Both the position numbers and the translations under genes were made by a program. Under the pieces are notes generated by a model, which was not told the DNA's origin, searched no databases, and was given only the letters and a program-made list of their open reading frames with translations. Positions 10,716 to 21,064 of a stretch of DNA of 59,253 nucleotides are shown in pieces; within the stretch, counting starts at the first letter, position 1, and each line of letters starts with the position of its first letter. The DNA lies in sequence record DRR378314_405; one strand, given 5' to 3'.

Positions 10716-11453
10716 TCAATAGGTCACTTCTGAAAGATAGAGACCATAGGGCGGTGCATTTGGTCCTGCTTTTTGGCGATCTTTTGCTTCAAGGGCTGCT
10801 TTCACATCAGCCGGCGCCCATTGTCCGGTGCCAACCAGAAACAAAGTGCCGACCATCGCCCGAACCTGATTATGTAAAAAGGACGGCGCGGACACGTAAA
10901 ATTCAATCACGTCCCCCTCGCGAACCACATCCAGCTGGCTCAGGGATTTCACCGGGCTTTTCGCCTGACAGGCGGCAGCTCGAAAACTGGTAAAATCATG
11001 CTGTCCGATCAGGAATTTGGCCCCTTCCTGCATTTTTTGCTCATCCAGATCCCGCTTCACATGCCAGGCATAGCCGTTATCCAGCGCCAAACGGGACGGC
11101 CGATTGATAATCCGGTAAACATAACTGCGCGCCGTTGCCGAAAAGCGGGCGTTGAAATCCTCTGAAACCCGTTCGGTGTGCAAAATGGAAATGCGGGCGG
11201 GCAAAAGATGGAAGTTAATCGCATTGGTGACCGTTCGGGTTTCATGATCTTTGCTCAATTCAAAGCTGGCCACCTGTGCCAGGGCATGGACCCCTGCGTC
11301 GGTCCGCCCGGCCCCTTGAATTCGGATCTCTTCCCCTGAAAAAGCGAAAATGGCCTCTTCGATATGCTGTTGCACGGAAGGCGCATCTTTCTGCCGTTGC
11401 CAGCCGGCAAGGCCGCTTCCGTCATATTCTATGGTGATCCTGTATCGGGGCAT
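10716..11453 (-). CDS. truA: tRNA pseudouridine(38-40) synthase
   Basis: [31 protein letters not shown]. Confidence 0.97.
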   Translation of the reverse strand: MPRYRITIEYDGSGLAGWQRQKDAPSVQQHIEEAIFAFSGEEIRIQGAGRTDAGVHALAQVASFELSKDHETRTVTNAINFHLLPARISILHTERVSEDFNARFSATARSYVYRIINRPSRLALDNGYAWHVKRDLDEQKMQEGAKFLIGQHDFTSFRAAACQAKSPVKSLSQLDVVREGDVIEFYVSAPSFLHNQVRAMVGTLFLVGTGQWAPADVKAALEAKDRQKAGPNAPPYGLYLSEVTY

Positions 11454-12373
11454 TAGGCAAGCCTGGTCCCTTGAGGAAGCTGGTACCCGTTTAAAAAAGT
11501 CAGTGTATCCATCGGGGATTTTCCGGCCCGCTGCAGCAATGTCAGTTTCAACGCCCCTTGCCCGCAGGCAACGGTCAGAAAATCATCCAGAACCTCACCC
11601 GGCGCGCCGGACGCAGCCACATGTTCAACATTCAGAACCTTGATACGGGTTCCCTCAAATTCAAAAAAAGCACCGGGGAACGGGCTTAGTCCGCGAATAT
11701 GACAGCTTAGCTCATCCGCGGTGCGGCTCCAGTCGATCTGCGCTTCGCTCTTGTCAATTTTTTTAGCATAGGTCACGCCCTCTTCCGGCTGCACCATGGG
11801 CGTCAGGCTACCCATCCCCAGTTGAGAGAGTGTGTGCATCATCAATGCGGCCCCTGCATCCGCCAATTCATCATGCAGGCTCCCTGCTGTTGTGGTCGTG
11901 GAAATCGGGATTTTCAGTTCCGCCAGAACATCGCCGGTATCCAGGCCTTCCGCCATTTGCATGATCCCGACACCGGTCTGCTGATCCCCTGCCATAATCG
12001 CCCGCTGAATAGGGGCCGCCCCCCGCCAGCGGGGCAATAAAGACGCATGCAGGTTCAGGCAGCCAAATTTGGGAGCCTCTAAGATCGCTTTTGGGAGTAA
12101 GAGACCATAAGCAACCACAATCGCCACATCCAGATCCAGGGCGGCAAATTCATCCTGCGCCGCCGCCGATTTCAACGACACCGGTGTTCGAACCGGTATA
12201 TCATGGGTTTGGGCTAACTGATGAACGGGTGTTGGGCGCAAAGTCTTGCCGCGCCCGGCTTTTCGGGGCGGCTGGGAATAAACACAAACGATCTCATGAT
12301 CGCTTTCCAGCAAAGCCTTCAAAACAGTGCAGGAAAAATCAGGCGTTCCCATAAACGCGATGCGCAGGCTCAT
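11453..12373 (-). CDS. fmt: Methionyl-tRNA formyltransferase
   Basis: [37 protein letters not shown]. Confidence 0.97.
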   Translation of the reverse strand: MSLRIAFMGTPDFSCTVLKALLESDHEIVCVYSQPPRKAGRGKTLRPTPVHQLAQTHDIPVRTPVSLKSAAAQDEFAALDLDVAIVVAYGLLLPKAILEAPKFGCLNLHASLLPRWRGAAPIQRAIMAGDQQTGVGIMQMAEGLDTGDVLAELKIPISTTTTAGSLHDELADAGAALMMHTLSQLGMGSLTPMVQPEEGVTYAKKIDKSEAQIDWSRTADELSCHIRGLSPFPGAFFEFEGTRIKVLNVEHVAASGAPGEVLDDFLTVACGQGALKLTLLQRAGKSPMDTLTFLNGYQLPQGTRLA

Positions 12374-12385
12374 ACGGGATAGCTC

Positions 12386-12907
12386 CTAACTGGCGAGTTT
12401 TTTCTGTTTCAGGAGTTTCCGAAGAATCATGTTCCGCTTGAGGGCGGAAAGATGGTCGACAAATAAAATGCCGTCCAAATGGTCGATCTCATGCTGAATG
12501 CAGGTTGCCAGAAGTTCACTGGCGTGAAGCTCCTGTGCCTCCCCCTGCTCATCCAGATAAGAGACTTTAATCTCTGCCGGGCGAACCACATCAGCGTAAT
12601 GGGCCGGAACGGAAAGGCATCCCTCTTCATAAACGCTGTCATGATCAGACACCCAGGTAATTTCCGGATTGATCAGCGCGAGGGGCTCTGGTTCCTGATC
12701 CTCATTGCCTTTACCCACGACATCAACAACCAAAAGCCGTTTTTGAACGCCAACCTGAATGGCCGCCAACCCGATGCCTGGTGCTTCATACATGGTTTCA
12801 AACATGTCTGACACCAACTGGCGGATTTCATCATCAACTTGCGCGACCGGTTCTGAGAGCGTTTTCAATCGCGGATCTGGAGCCGTAATAATGGGCAAAA
12901 GGGCCAT
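12386..12907 (-). CDS. def: Peptide deformylase
   Basis: GIGLAAIQ, EGCLS, QHEIDHLDG; probable start MALLPI at 12907. Confidence 0.97.
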   Translation of the reverse strand: MALLPIITAPDPRLKTLSEPVAQVDDEIRQLVSDMFETMYEAPGIGLAAIQVGVQKRLLVVDVVGKGNEDQEPEPLALINPEITWVSDHDSVYEEGCLSVPAHYADVVRPAEIKVSYLDEQGEAQELHASELLATCIQHEIDHLDGILFVDHLSALKRNMILRKLLKQKKLAS

Positions 12908-13030
12908 GGTTTTCCCTAACTCTTCCATCTACTATGTTAAGGGTGTAAATATCACCCTTTAGGTATTACGCTGTAGGCCGAACGTCAAGGTTTATGCAGA
13001 AAAACAGGGTTTGGAACAAGGGCACGGGGA

Positions 13031-14236
13031 ATGGAATATCTGTTAGTTGGAGTTGCCGCAGGACTGATCGTGACTGTGATTGCCGTGCTTCTGGTCGCAA
13101 TCAAGATTTCCCGATCCGAAAAAATGATCCAGACCGCTATGTCCAATAGCGAGGCCATGACCCGCCTGACCGAAAGCCTGCTCAATCAACAGTCCAAGTT
13201 GGAAGGGCAACTGGCGCAGATGTCCAATGACGGCGCGGCCAGCCAAAGCGAAATCCACAAAACCCTTTCCGACCGGTTGGATGCGGTCTCCAAACGCTTG
13301 GGCGATAGCTTGGCCCATACGACTGAAAACACGAATAAAACCGTGACCGAACGCCTCGATAAAGTCTCCAAGCTGCTGGGCGAAAGCCTTAACCAAACCA
13401 CTGAAAAAACGACAAAATCCTTAAGTGATCTGCAGCAACGGCTGGCGATTATCGACAAAGCGCAGGATAATCTGACCAACCTGTCCAGCCAGGTTGTCAG
13501 TTTGCAGGATATTCTGGCGAACAAACAGGCACGTGGTGCCTTTGGGGAAATCCAGTTGAACGATCTGGTCAAATCCGCCCTGCCGCCGTCTGCCTATGAA
13601 TTTCAGGTGACCCTTGGCAATTCAAAACGGGCCGACTGTCTGATCAAGCTGCCCAACCCGCCCGGATCCATCGTGGTGGATGCCAAGTTTCCGCTGGAAA
13701 GTTATCATCTGATGCGAAATGCAGAAACGGAAGGCGAGCTTCAAACGGCCCGGCGGGCGTTTACCACCGCCATGTCCAAACATATTTCAGATATCAGTGA
13801 GAAATACATTATCGCTGAGGAAACGGCCGAATCTGCCCTGTTATTCTTACCGTCCGAAGCGGTTTATGCAGAATTGCACACCAGTTTTCCGGATATCCTG
13901 CAACGCTCCTACGATGCGCGGGTATGGATTGTCTCTCCCACCACCTTGATGGCAACCCTCAACACGGTGCGGTCTGTTCTGAAAGACAGTCAAATGCGCG
14001 AACAGGCAGGCGTTATTCAAAAAGAAGTTGGCGTCCTGTTGAAAGATGTCGACCGACTTGATAAGCGGGTGGATAGCCTCTCCCGCCATTTTGCCCAGGC
14101 CTCAAAAGACATCACGGATATCGAAACCTCCAGCCGTAAAATCACCAGTCGGGGAGAGAAGATTGAAAGCCTGCAATTTGAAGAGGAAAATAGTGACGAA
14201 TTACTGTCCAACCCCTCAGAGCAGCTCATCCAGTAA
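13031..14236 (+). CDS. rmuC: DNA recombination protein RmuC
   Basis: N-terminal TM, coiled coil, RGAFGEIQL, VDAKFPL, FLPSEAVYAE, VSPTTL. Confidence 0.93.
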   Translation: MEYLLVGVAAGLIVTVIAVLLVAIKISRSEKMIQTAMSNSEAMTRLTESLLNQQSKLEGQLAQMSNDGAASQSEIHKTLSDRLDAVSKRLGDSLAHTTENTNKTVTERLDKVSKLLGESLNQTTEKTTKSLSDLQQRLAIIDKAQDNLTNLSSQVVSLQDILANKQARGAFGEIQLNDLVKSALPPSAYEFQVTLGNSKRADCLIKLPNPPGSIVVDAKFPLESYHLMRNAETEGELQTARRAFTTAMSKHISDISEKYIIAEETAESALLFLPSEAVYAELHTSFPDILQRSYDARVWIVSPTTLMATLNTVRSVLKDSQMREQAGVIQKEVGVLLKDVDRLDKRVDSLSRHFAQASKDITDIETSSRKITSRGEKIESLQFEEENSDELLSNPSEQLIQ

Positions 14237-14237
14237 C

Positions 14238-14834
14238 CTATCCCAAGGGACGGCGGGATTTTAACGCGGTTGCCAGGGTTCCATCATCCAGGTAATCCAG
14301 CTCACCGCCCACAGGCACACCATGGGCCAGATGGGTAACTTCAATCTCCAGATCGACAAGTCTTTCCGTCAGGTAATGAGCCGTCGTCTGCCCTTCTACC
14401 GTCGCGCTGAGGGCGATGACGGCTTCTGTCACACGCCCCTCTTTCACCCGGGAAATCAAACTTTCAATGCGCAAGTCTTCGGGGCCCACCCCATCCAGCG
14501 CTGACAGGATCCCGCCCAAAACATGATATTGGCCCTTAAAGACACCGGATCGCTCCAGCGCCCAAAGATCGGCAACATCCTCAACAACACAGAGCAAATC
14601 GTGATTTCGCTCCGTATCCGCACAGATCCCGCAAGGATCCGTTGTGTCCAGATTGGCGCAAATGGAGCAGGTTTTGACATTTTCAGCGGCTGTCGCCATG
14701 GCTGCTGACAGCGGCAGCAGCAGGGCTTCGCGATTTTGAATAAGGTGCAAAGTTGCCCGCCGGGCGGATCTGGCCCCCAGACCTGGCAGTTTAGACAGCA
14801 GCTTCACAAGCTGATCAATTTCAGATGTACTCAT
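14238..14834 (-). CDS. recR: Recombination mediator RecR
   Basis: LPGLGARSARR, C4 zinc finger, Toprim domain, GGELDYLDDGTL. Confidence 0.97.
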   Translation of the reverse strand: MSTSEIDQLVKLLSKLPGLGARSARRATLHLIQNREALLLPLSAAMATAAENVKTCSICANLDTTDPCGICADTERNHDLLCVVEDVADLWALERSGVFKGQYHVLGGILSALDGVGPEDLRIESLISRVKEGRVTEAVIALSATVEGQTTAHYLTERLVDLEIEVTHLAHGVPVGGELDYLDDGTLATALKSRRPLG

Positions 14835-14849
14835 TTACGCAAAAGCCAA

Positions 14850-15173
14850 TCAAAAAGGCAGGTTCATGCCAGGGGGAAGTTCCAAACCGCCTGTCATATC
14901 CTTCATTTTTTCCTGGCTATAGGCCTCAACCTTGACCTTGGCGTCTGCATGGGCCGCCTTGATCAGATCCTCCAGCATTTCCTTGTCCTGGGGATCAACA
15001 ATGCTGGGATCTAACGACAGGCTGCGCATATCGCCTTTCCCGTTCAGCGTCACCTTGACCATGCCGGCACCAGAAACACCTGTAATTTCATGGGTTTCCA
15101 GCTCGGCCTGCATCTCAGCCATCTTTGATTGCATTTCCTTGGCCTGCTTCATCAGGTTTCCAAGATTTTTCAT
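14850..15173 (-). CDS. ybaB: YbaB/EbfC nucleoid-associated protein
   Basis: MKQAKEMQ, SGAGMV, EMLEDLI; lies between dnaX and recR. Confidence 0.95.
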   Translation of the reverse strand: MKNLGNLMKQAKEMQSKMAEMQAELETHEITGVSGAGMVKVTLNGKGDMRSLSLDPSIVDPQDKEMLEDLIKAAHADAKVKVEAYSQEKMKDMTGGLELPPGMNLPF

Positions 15174-15186
15174 GCGTATTTCTCCA

Positions 15187-17040
15187 CTAATCTAGATCGT
15201 CTTCTTCGGATATACCGACATCATCCAGAATTTCAATATCTTCTCGCAAATCCCGAACCTCCCGAACGGAGGCGCCAGTGAACTGATCGCGAATTTTCTG
15301 GATAAGAGGATGCTTCTCTGCTTCTGCGATCAATGCCGCTTTACGGCTCATGCGCAGTTCCGCGATCGTCGGCCCGCCTTCCGCTTCCGAAACCAGGGAA
15401 ACCTGCCAATTTGTGGGGGTCAACTCGCGCAGTCGGCGCCCGAGTTTGGCGGCCAGATCGGCTGGGGTTCCGGGTGCCGGACTAAATTCCAGCAACCCAT
15501 TCCTGAACCGAACCGGGCGCACAAAATTAATCACCTGCCCTTTCAGCATCACATCACTTTTATCGCTCAACACCTCCAGCATCGACTCTAATGACGTAAT
15601 CTCTCCAGAGGATACCTGATCCTCAATGGGTTCAGTTTGCGGCTCAGTTTCTTGATCGGGCTGAATTTGCTGCGCCGGAACAGTCTCCTTTGCAACATCT
15701 GTTTTTGGAACCACCGACAAATGAGCCCGCGGCGCCCCTTCCGGCGGGGCAGAATGCTGCGGCGCAGCGTTAGAGACAGCCAATGACGCGTTTCCGGCCG
15801 CACTCATCCGGGGACGCGTATCGCCGCCGGAACCACCCGGCGCGGCGGGGCTCGACGGCGCGGCCTGCCCCTCGCCGGATCCGACCTGCTTTGCCAAATC
15901 CTGCGGCGTTGGCAAATGACTGGCATAAACCAGGCGCACCAATACCATTTCGGCAGCCGCGATCGCCATCGGGGCGGATCGCACCTCGTTCAACCCTTTT
16001 AGCAGCATCTGCCACGCACGGCTGAGAACGGGCATACTCAGATTACCCGCCATCTGCAAGCCGCGCTCCATTTCCATTTCATTCATGGAAACGTTATTCG
16101 CCGCATCTGGTGTCACCTTCAAGGAGGTCAGCCAATGAGTTAATTCGAGCAAATCCTGAATAACCACCACCGGATCTGCGCCCCGGTCATATTGGCCTCG
16201 CAAAATTCCCAATGCCTCTGCCACATCCCCCTTGAACAGGGTTTCCAGCAGATCCAGCATAATCGACCGATCTGCAAGGCCCAGCATATCCCGCGCCTGT
16301 TCGACAGATACGGTGCCGTCCCCATGCGCAATTGCCTGATCCAGAAGTGACAGACCGTCGCGCACGGATCCTTCGGCCGCTCTGGCGATCAGCCCAAGGG
16401 CGGCATCCTCCACGGAGGCGTTTTCCTTCTCGGCGATTTTGCCAAAATAAGTCTTCAATGTCTCCGCATCGACCCGCTTCAGATCGAACCGCTGACATCG
16501 GGACAGAACCGTGATGGGGATCTTTCGGATTTCGGTGGTGGCAAAGATGAACTTCACATGCTCCGGCGGCTCTTCCAGCGTCTTCAATAACGCATTGAAA
16601 GCGTTTTTGGACAACATATGCACTTCGTCGATGATGTAGATCTTGTAGCGGGCATTGATCGGCAGATACCGAACGCCATCAATCAGTTCCCGAATATCAT
16701 CGACACCTGTCCGGCTCGCCGCATCCATTTCCAGCACATCCTGATGCCGGTCTTCTGCAATCGCCTTACAGTTTTCGCAGACCCCGCAAGGATGAACGGT
16801 CGGGCCCCCATTTCCGTCAACCCCGGTGCAATTCAGGCCGCGGGCAATAATCCGGGCTGTTGTGGTCTTACCAATGCCCCGTGTTCCCGTCAGGACAAAG
16901 GCATGGGCAAGCCGCCCTGAATCCAATGCATTCGACAGGGTTCGAACCATAGCCTCATGACCGATCAGATCATCAAAATTGGATGGTCTGTATTTTCGGG
17001 CTAGGACGCGATAGGTGGTGTTTGAATTTTCATCTGACAT
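15187..17040 (-). CDS. dnaX: DNA polymerase III subunit gamma/tau
   Basis: YRVLARKYRP, GIGKTT, DAASRTGVDDIR, IDEVHML, SRC; Pro/Ala-rich linker. Confidence 0.97.
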   Translation of the reverse strand: MSDENSNTTYRVLARKYRPSNFDDLIGHEAMVRTLSNALDSGRLAHAFVLTGTRGIGKTTTARIIARGLNCTGVDGNGGPTVHPCGVCENCKAIAEDRHQDVLEMDAASRTGVDDIRELIDGVRYLPINARYKIYIIDEVHMLSKNAFNALLKTLEEPPEHVKFIFATTEIRKIPITVLSRCQRFDLKRVDAETLKTYFGKIAEKENASVEDAALGLIARAAEGSVRDGLSLLDQAIAHGDGTVSVEQARDMLGLADRSIMLDLLETLFKGDVAEALGILRGQYDRGADPVVVIQDLLELTHWLTSLKVTPDAANNVSMNEMEMERGLQMAGNLSMPVLSRAWQMLLKGLNEVRSAPMAIAAAEMVLVRLVYASHLPTPQDLAKQVGSGEGQAAPSSPAAPGGSGGDTRPRMSAAGNASLAVSNAAPQHSAPPEGAPRAHLSVVPKTDVAKETVPAQQIQPDQETEPQTEPIEDQVSSGEITSLESMLEVLSDKSDVMLKGQVINFVRPVRFRNGLLEFSPAPGTPADLAAKLGRRLRELTPTNWQVSLVSEAEGGPTIAELRMSRKAALIAEAEKHPLIQKIRDQFTGASVREVRDLREDIEILDDVGISEEDDLD

Positions 17041-17106
17041 GGCTGCAGCTTACCAGATGTCGGCTGAGGCAATCAAAAGATAAAGAGGGGGAAGTGAAGA
17101 AAATAA

Positions 17107-17200
17107 AGAAGACTGGCAATGACCCGCGCCGAAACTCGTTGCGGCTGCTTCCTTCCGGACCTGACCGGGTTCGCGAGGGGCACGCCCACGCCAGCCTTCC
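17107..17200 (-). ncRNA. ffs: Signal recognition particle RNA (4.5S)
   Basis: Minus strand contains the SRP core CCGGUCAGGUCCGGAAGGAAGCAGCC; ends pair (GGAAGGCUGGC / GCCAGUCUUCU); immediately upstream of dnaX. Confidence 0.95.
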
Positions 17201-17331
17201 AAGGCCTTATATCAGATATGTAACGGCAAGAAGCAACCTCTTTTTGGGAAAAATTTGCATCCCCTCAGTTTTTGCAGATACAGTACGCAAAAATTAAGAC
17301 AGAAAATAGGGCTCTCCAGAGAAGAACAATC

Positions 17332-18252
17332 ATGACGAAACCCCTCGTATTTACCGGAAACCGATTTGACAGAGCGGCGCAGGCCCGGAATGATCCGGCC
17401 TGGTTCGACCAGAAAATGGCAGATCCCTCCACCCGATTCCTGCCCATGCATCGACTTAAAGCCTTGATTGAACTTGGCGGCGATCCCTGCATTGACTGGC
17501 GCGGACTTGCGGATGTTCGGGCGTTTATTGATCAGGGCGCAACCCTTGTGCTGCTGGGGGTCGCAGACTTCGCCGCACATTTTGCGGTCGACGTGTCAAC
17601 CATTGACAACCCCAAGGCCCCTCCCAACCCTGACTGGGGTAAATTTATCGAAGTGCGCTCCATCTCGCCGCAGCTCAGACCGGGGGAAGCCGGTGCGCTA
17701 GCGCAGGCCCGCTCGATGCTGGCCTGGCATCAAAATCATCAATTCTGTTCCGTCTGCGGTGAAAAAACCGAAGTCAATGAATTGGGCTATTCCCGCAAAT
17801 GCATTCGCGAGAGTTGCAAGGCCCCTCATTTCCCGCGAACGGATCCGGTTGCGATCATGATGGTCACTCGCGGCGATAACTGTCTTCTTGGCACCGGTCA
17901 TAACTTCCCCAAACACCAATATTCCGCGCTGGCTGGCTTCATTGAACCCGGAGAGACAATCGAGCAAGGCGTCCGCCGGGAGGTTTTTGAGGAAACAGGC
18001 ATTAAAACGGGGGACGTCACCTATCACTCCTCGCAGCCCTGGCCATACCCCTCCTCCATCATGATCGGCTGCTTTGCCGAGGCCTTGTCGGAAGAGATTA
18101 CGCTGGATGAGGTCGAGCTGGCCGATGCCAAATGGTTCAGTAAAGAGGAGGTGCGGCAAATGCTGGCCCGCTCAGAGACGCCGGAAACACCCCGATTGGC
18201 ACCGCCATTGGCGATCGCCCACCAGCTTGCAAAGGCCTGGGTCGAAGATTAA
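17332..18252 (+). CDS. nudC: NAD(H) diphosphatase / NAD-cap decapping Nudix enzyme
   Basis: Zn ribbon FCSVCG..C..C, FPRTDP, Nudix box GFIEPGETIEQGVRREVFEETG, SQPWPYP. Confidence 0.95.
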   Translation: MTKPLVFTGNRFDRAAQARNDPAWFDQKMADPSTRFLPMHRLKALIELGGDPCIDWRGLADVRAFIDQGATLVLLGVADFAAHFAVDVSTIDNPKAPPNPDWGKFIEVRSISPQLRPGEAGALAQARSMLAWHQNHQFCSVCGEKTEVNELGYSRKCIRESCKAPHFPRTDPVAIMMVTRGDNCLLGTGHNFPKHQYSALAGFIEPGETIEQGVRREVFEETGIKTGDVTYHSSQPWPYPSSIMIGCFAEALSEEITLDEVELADAKWFSKEEVRQMLARSETPETPRLAPPLAIAHQLAKAWVED

Positions 18253-18279
18253 ACCTCTTTTGACGTCTTGATTCTCTTT

Positions 18280-18315
18280 AATATGAGCCGATCGATCGGC
18301 TCATATTTTCTTTTT
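18280..18315 (+). terminator. Intrinsic terminator after nudC (perfect 28-bp palindrome)
   Basis: aatatgagccgatc|gatcggctcatatt followed by ttcttttt. Confidence 0.7.
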
Positions 18316-18547
18316 GCGCCCCCCATAAGGTCGGGCCCGGACGCCCTTACTGAGCCCATAATTTTTGCTGCATTGCAATATTAGAAATTAGAATTCGCGC
18401 AAAACAAATTTGATGCCAAACAGTCTTCAAGCGTCAAATCAGATCGAATTTTTGCCCCTAGATTCGAAGAACTGTCACAAAAAATTAAGGAAAACCTAAC
18501 AAAAACGCCCGCTTTTCGGTCATTTTTCGCACATTAATTAATCACTC

Positions 18548-18564
18548 TGCACAAACAAAGTGCA
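18548..18564. promoter_or_regulatory. Candidate NtrC-type site TGCAC-N7-GTGCA
   Basis: TGCACaaacaaaGTGCA about 80-100 bp upstream of the sRNA. Confidence 0.5.
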
Positions 18565-18645
18565 CGCTCAAAAAAAATGCAAATTTCTGTAGAAAAAAGA
18601 AAAATTGCACTTGCGAATTGTTTTCGCAGGTGCAATATATGGGTT

Positions 18646-18730
18646 GTCAGCACACACACACTGACTGCTCTCGAGAGAGAGCGTTTCCTCCCTTACTTAG
18701 GGCCGGGTTTTTACTCGGCCCTCTTTTTTT
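18646..18730 (+). ncRNA. alpha-r8/SuhB/MmgR-like small RNA
   Basis: Two short hairpins (gtcag/ctgac, gctctc/gagagc), unpaired decamer UUUCCUCCCU (18684-18693), terminator agggccggg/ctcggccct plus U7; promoter-like CTTGCG..AATATAT upstream. Confidence 0.75.
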
Positions 18731-18736
18731 GGGATT

Positions 18737-19306
18737 TTACCTAGCCGTATTAGACAATGTCAATGGGTCTGTGTATTTCAGCAATCCACGGAACGGCAGG
18801 ATCAGCACGACAACCATCGCCAGCTTGACACCATAATCGCCCAGCGCCCATGTCTGCCAAGGAAGCCCGGTTCCGGCAAATGCCAGGGTGAAGAACAGCA
18901 ATGTATCCAGAAAAGACGCAATTACGGACGAAAAGATCGGCGCTTTCCACCAGGATGCCTGACGCAAGCGGTCAAACAGGAAGATGTCCAGAAGGTGCGA
19001 TAACAAAAATGCCGTTCCTGACGCCAATGCAATCCGTGGGTCGGCAAGGATCAGGGACATGGCAACAGCGGCAACAAAGCCCACATAGACAACTACACGC
19101 GCCCGCGAGGGGCCCAAGGCCCGGTTGGTCAGATCTGTGACCAGAAATGCAAAGGGATAACTGAGCGCGCCCCAGGTCAGCCAATCATTAATGGAAATTT
19201 CCACCAGAATGTTAGAGGCTGTCACGACGATCGCCATGGCGACAATCCCGACCAGCAGGAAAATCCGCTGCAGATTAGTCATGGATTTCAGAAATTCCAT
19301 CTTCAT
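18737..19306 (-). CDS. yhhQ: VUT-family queuosine precursor transporter
   Basis: SNILV, TWGALSYPFAFLVTDL, RIALASG, DTLLFF. Confidence 0.88.
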   Translation of the reverse strand: MKMEFLKSMTNLQRIFLLVGIVAMAIVVTASNILVEISINDWLTWGALSYPFAFLVTDLTNRALGPSRARVVVYVGFVAAVAMSLILADPRIALASGTAFLLSHLLDIFLFDRLRQASWWKAPIFSSVIASFLDTLLFFTLAFAGTGLPWQTWALGDYGVKLAMVVVLILPFRGLLKYTDPLTLSNTAR

Positions 19307-19401
19307 ACACCTTACAAATGGGCTGCTGAACAGAATTGCCCGTCAACAGCCACTTTAAATTTGCCGGTGCTTATATTGCGCTTTGGCCAAGAACGCAAGG
19401 C

Positions 19402-20262
19402 CTAGGCACCATATTGCCGCCGATAAGGATGCTGCGGATATACGCCGAGTATTTTCAGTTTCGCCGAAAAGAACTGCAGCTCTTCCATGGCAAGGGCCAT
19501 GGCGGCCTCTTCGGGGTGGCCCTCAACATCAATATAGAACTGGGCTGCTTCGAAACTCTCATCGGTAATATAGCTTTCCAGCTTGGTGACGTTCAGCCCG
19601 TTGGTTGCAAACCCGCCCAATGCTTTATAAAGAGCCGCAGGACGGCTTCTCACCTGAAAAACCAGGCTCGTCATGCAAGGATCGCCCTTGGCTCCTGGAT
19701 CCAGGCGCGTCCGCGACAGAATCAAAAACCGGGTCGTATTGCCAAGCCTGTCTTCAACCCGCTCGCGCAACACATCAAGACCGTAGATTTCACCGGCGAG
19801 ACTGGAGGCAATGGACGCCTGGCTTTTATCGCCCAGCTCCGCCACCATTTTGGCCGACCCTGCCGTATCTGCATGAATAACCGGCTCGATCCCCAACTCA
19901 CGGATAAAATTGCGGCATTGTGACAATGCCTGCTCGTGGCTATGAACGGCTTTAACGTCCGTCAGGATTGTGCCCGCAACACCAAGAAGCTGATGCTGAA
20001 CGGACTGGAAATGCTCCCCGATTGTATAAAGACCGCTTTCGGGCAGCAAATGATGAATATCTGCAACCCGCCCGCCGAGAGAATTTTCAATCGGGATCAT
20101 GGCGTAGAGGGCTTTCTCCTCGCGCACCATTTTAATGGCATCCAAAAATGTCTCACAGGGAATCGCCTCCATCTCTGGAAAGACTTTTTTGCAGGACAAA
20201 TGTCCGTACGCGCCGGGGACTCCCTGAAAGGCGATTGAATTTTCTGGATCTGCTGGTGCCAT
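19402..20262 (-). CDS. pheA: Prephenate dehydratase
   Basis: AFQGVPGAY, PIENSLGG, SHEQALSQC, NTTRF, ACT domain with LTKLES-like motif. Confidence 0.93.
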   Translation of the reverse strand: MAPADPENSIAFQGVPGAYGHLSCKKVFPEMEAIPCETFLDAIKMVREEKALYAMIPIENSLGGRVADIHHLLPESGLYTIGEHFQSVQHQLLGVAGTILTDVKAVHSHEQALSQCRNFIRELGIEPVIHADTAGSAKMVAELGDKSQASIASSLAGEIYGLDVLRERVEDRLGNTTRFLILSRTRLDPGAKGDPCMTSLVFQVRSRPAALYKALGGFATNGLNVTKLESYITDESFEAAQFYIDVEGHPEEAAMALAMEELQFFSAKLKILGVYPQHPYRRQYGA

Positions 20263-20317
20263 CTGATTTCAGTTCTCTATTGAAAGGTTATTATGTGGGT
20301 GGATCTGAAGCAAACGC

Positions 20318-21064
20318 TCACGCCTTTTCCATGAACGCTCTCATCCGCTCCAAATCCTGGGGAGTATCCACGCCTAGTGGAACTGTGTCAACGCGCGCGG
20401 CGTCAATCCGCATTCCCGCTTCCAGCGCCCTGAGCTGCTCCAGTTTCTCCCGTAATTCCAAAGGAGAGGGAGGCAACTCGATAAACGCTTTCAATGCGCG
20501 CCGTTGATACGCATAAATTCCAATGTGATGGTAATGGGGGCCTGCCCCCCATGGCGCCTTCAGCCTTGAAAACCAGACGGCCCTGCCGATCCGCTCTCCG
20601 TCGGCCAGGCTGACAACGGCTTTAACGGCATTTTCATCCTCCAGCTCATCAGGATCTTTGATTTCAGCCACCAGGGTTGCAATATCCGCCTGATTTTTTT
20701 GCAACGCCTCATAAGCTGCCACAACAGCGGATGGCTCCAGCGCCGGCAAATCCCCTTGCAGATTAATGACAGCGCTATGATGGCCAGCCGGATCAAAATT
20801 CTCCAGTGCTTCATAAACCCGATCTGAACCGGATGGATGATCGGCCCGCGTTAAAATGGCGGTGCCTCCAGCCTGTTGAACAACCTCTGCAATCTCTGTC
20901 TCGGCGCAGGCAACGATAACCGGGCCGATATCAGCTTCCAGTGCCCGATTCAGGACCTGCACAATCATCGGCAGGCCGGCTATTTCAGCCAGCGGCTTAC
21001 CGGGGAGACGGGTTGACGCCATCCGCGCGGGAATAACCACAACAGGTCCTCTACTATTGGACAT
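20318..21064 (-). CDS. kdsB: 3-deoxy-manno-octulosonate cytidylyltransferase
   Basis: IPARMASTRLPGKPL, SGSDR, NLQGD, HIGIYAY, EKLEQLRALE. Confidence 0.96.
   Translation of the reverse strand: MSNSRGPVVVIPARMASTRLPGKPLAEIAGLPMIVQVLNRALEADIGPVIVACAETEIAEVVQQAGGTAILTRADHPSGSDRVYEALENFDPAGHHSAVINLQGDLPALEPSAVVAAYEALQKNQADIATLVAEIKDPDELEDENAVKAVVSLADGERIGRAVWFSRLKAPWGAGPHYHHIGIYAYQRRALKAFIELPPSPLELREKLEQLRALEAGMRIDAARVDTVPLGVDTPQDLERMRAFMEKA

Noticed and set aside
12939-12959. Inverted repeat aagggtg-N7-caccctt between def and rmuC
   Set aside because: Only 7 bp, single occurrence, no regulator assignable
15187-17040. E. coli-type -1 frameshift site (AAAAAAG) producing the gamma subunit in dnaX
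   Set aside because: No such heptamer seen on the coding strand; A runs in the linker reach only five
18280-18307. Perfect 28-bp palindrome as a mobile-element end or REP
   Set aside because: No second copy seen; position and T tract fit the nudC terminator
19307-19401. preQ1 riboswitch upstream of yhhQ
   Set aside because: A hairpin is present but no recognisable preQ1 consensus or A-rich tail
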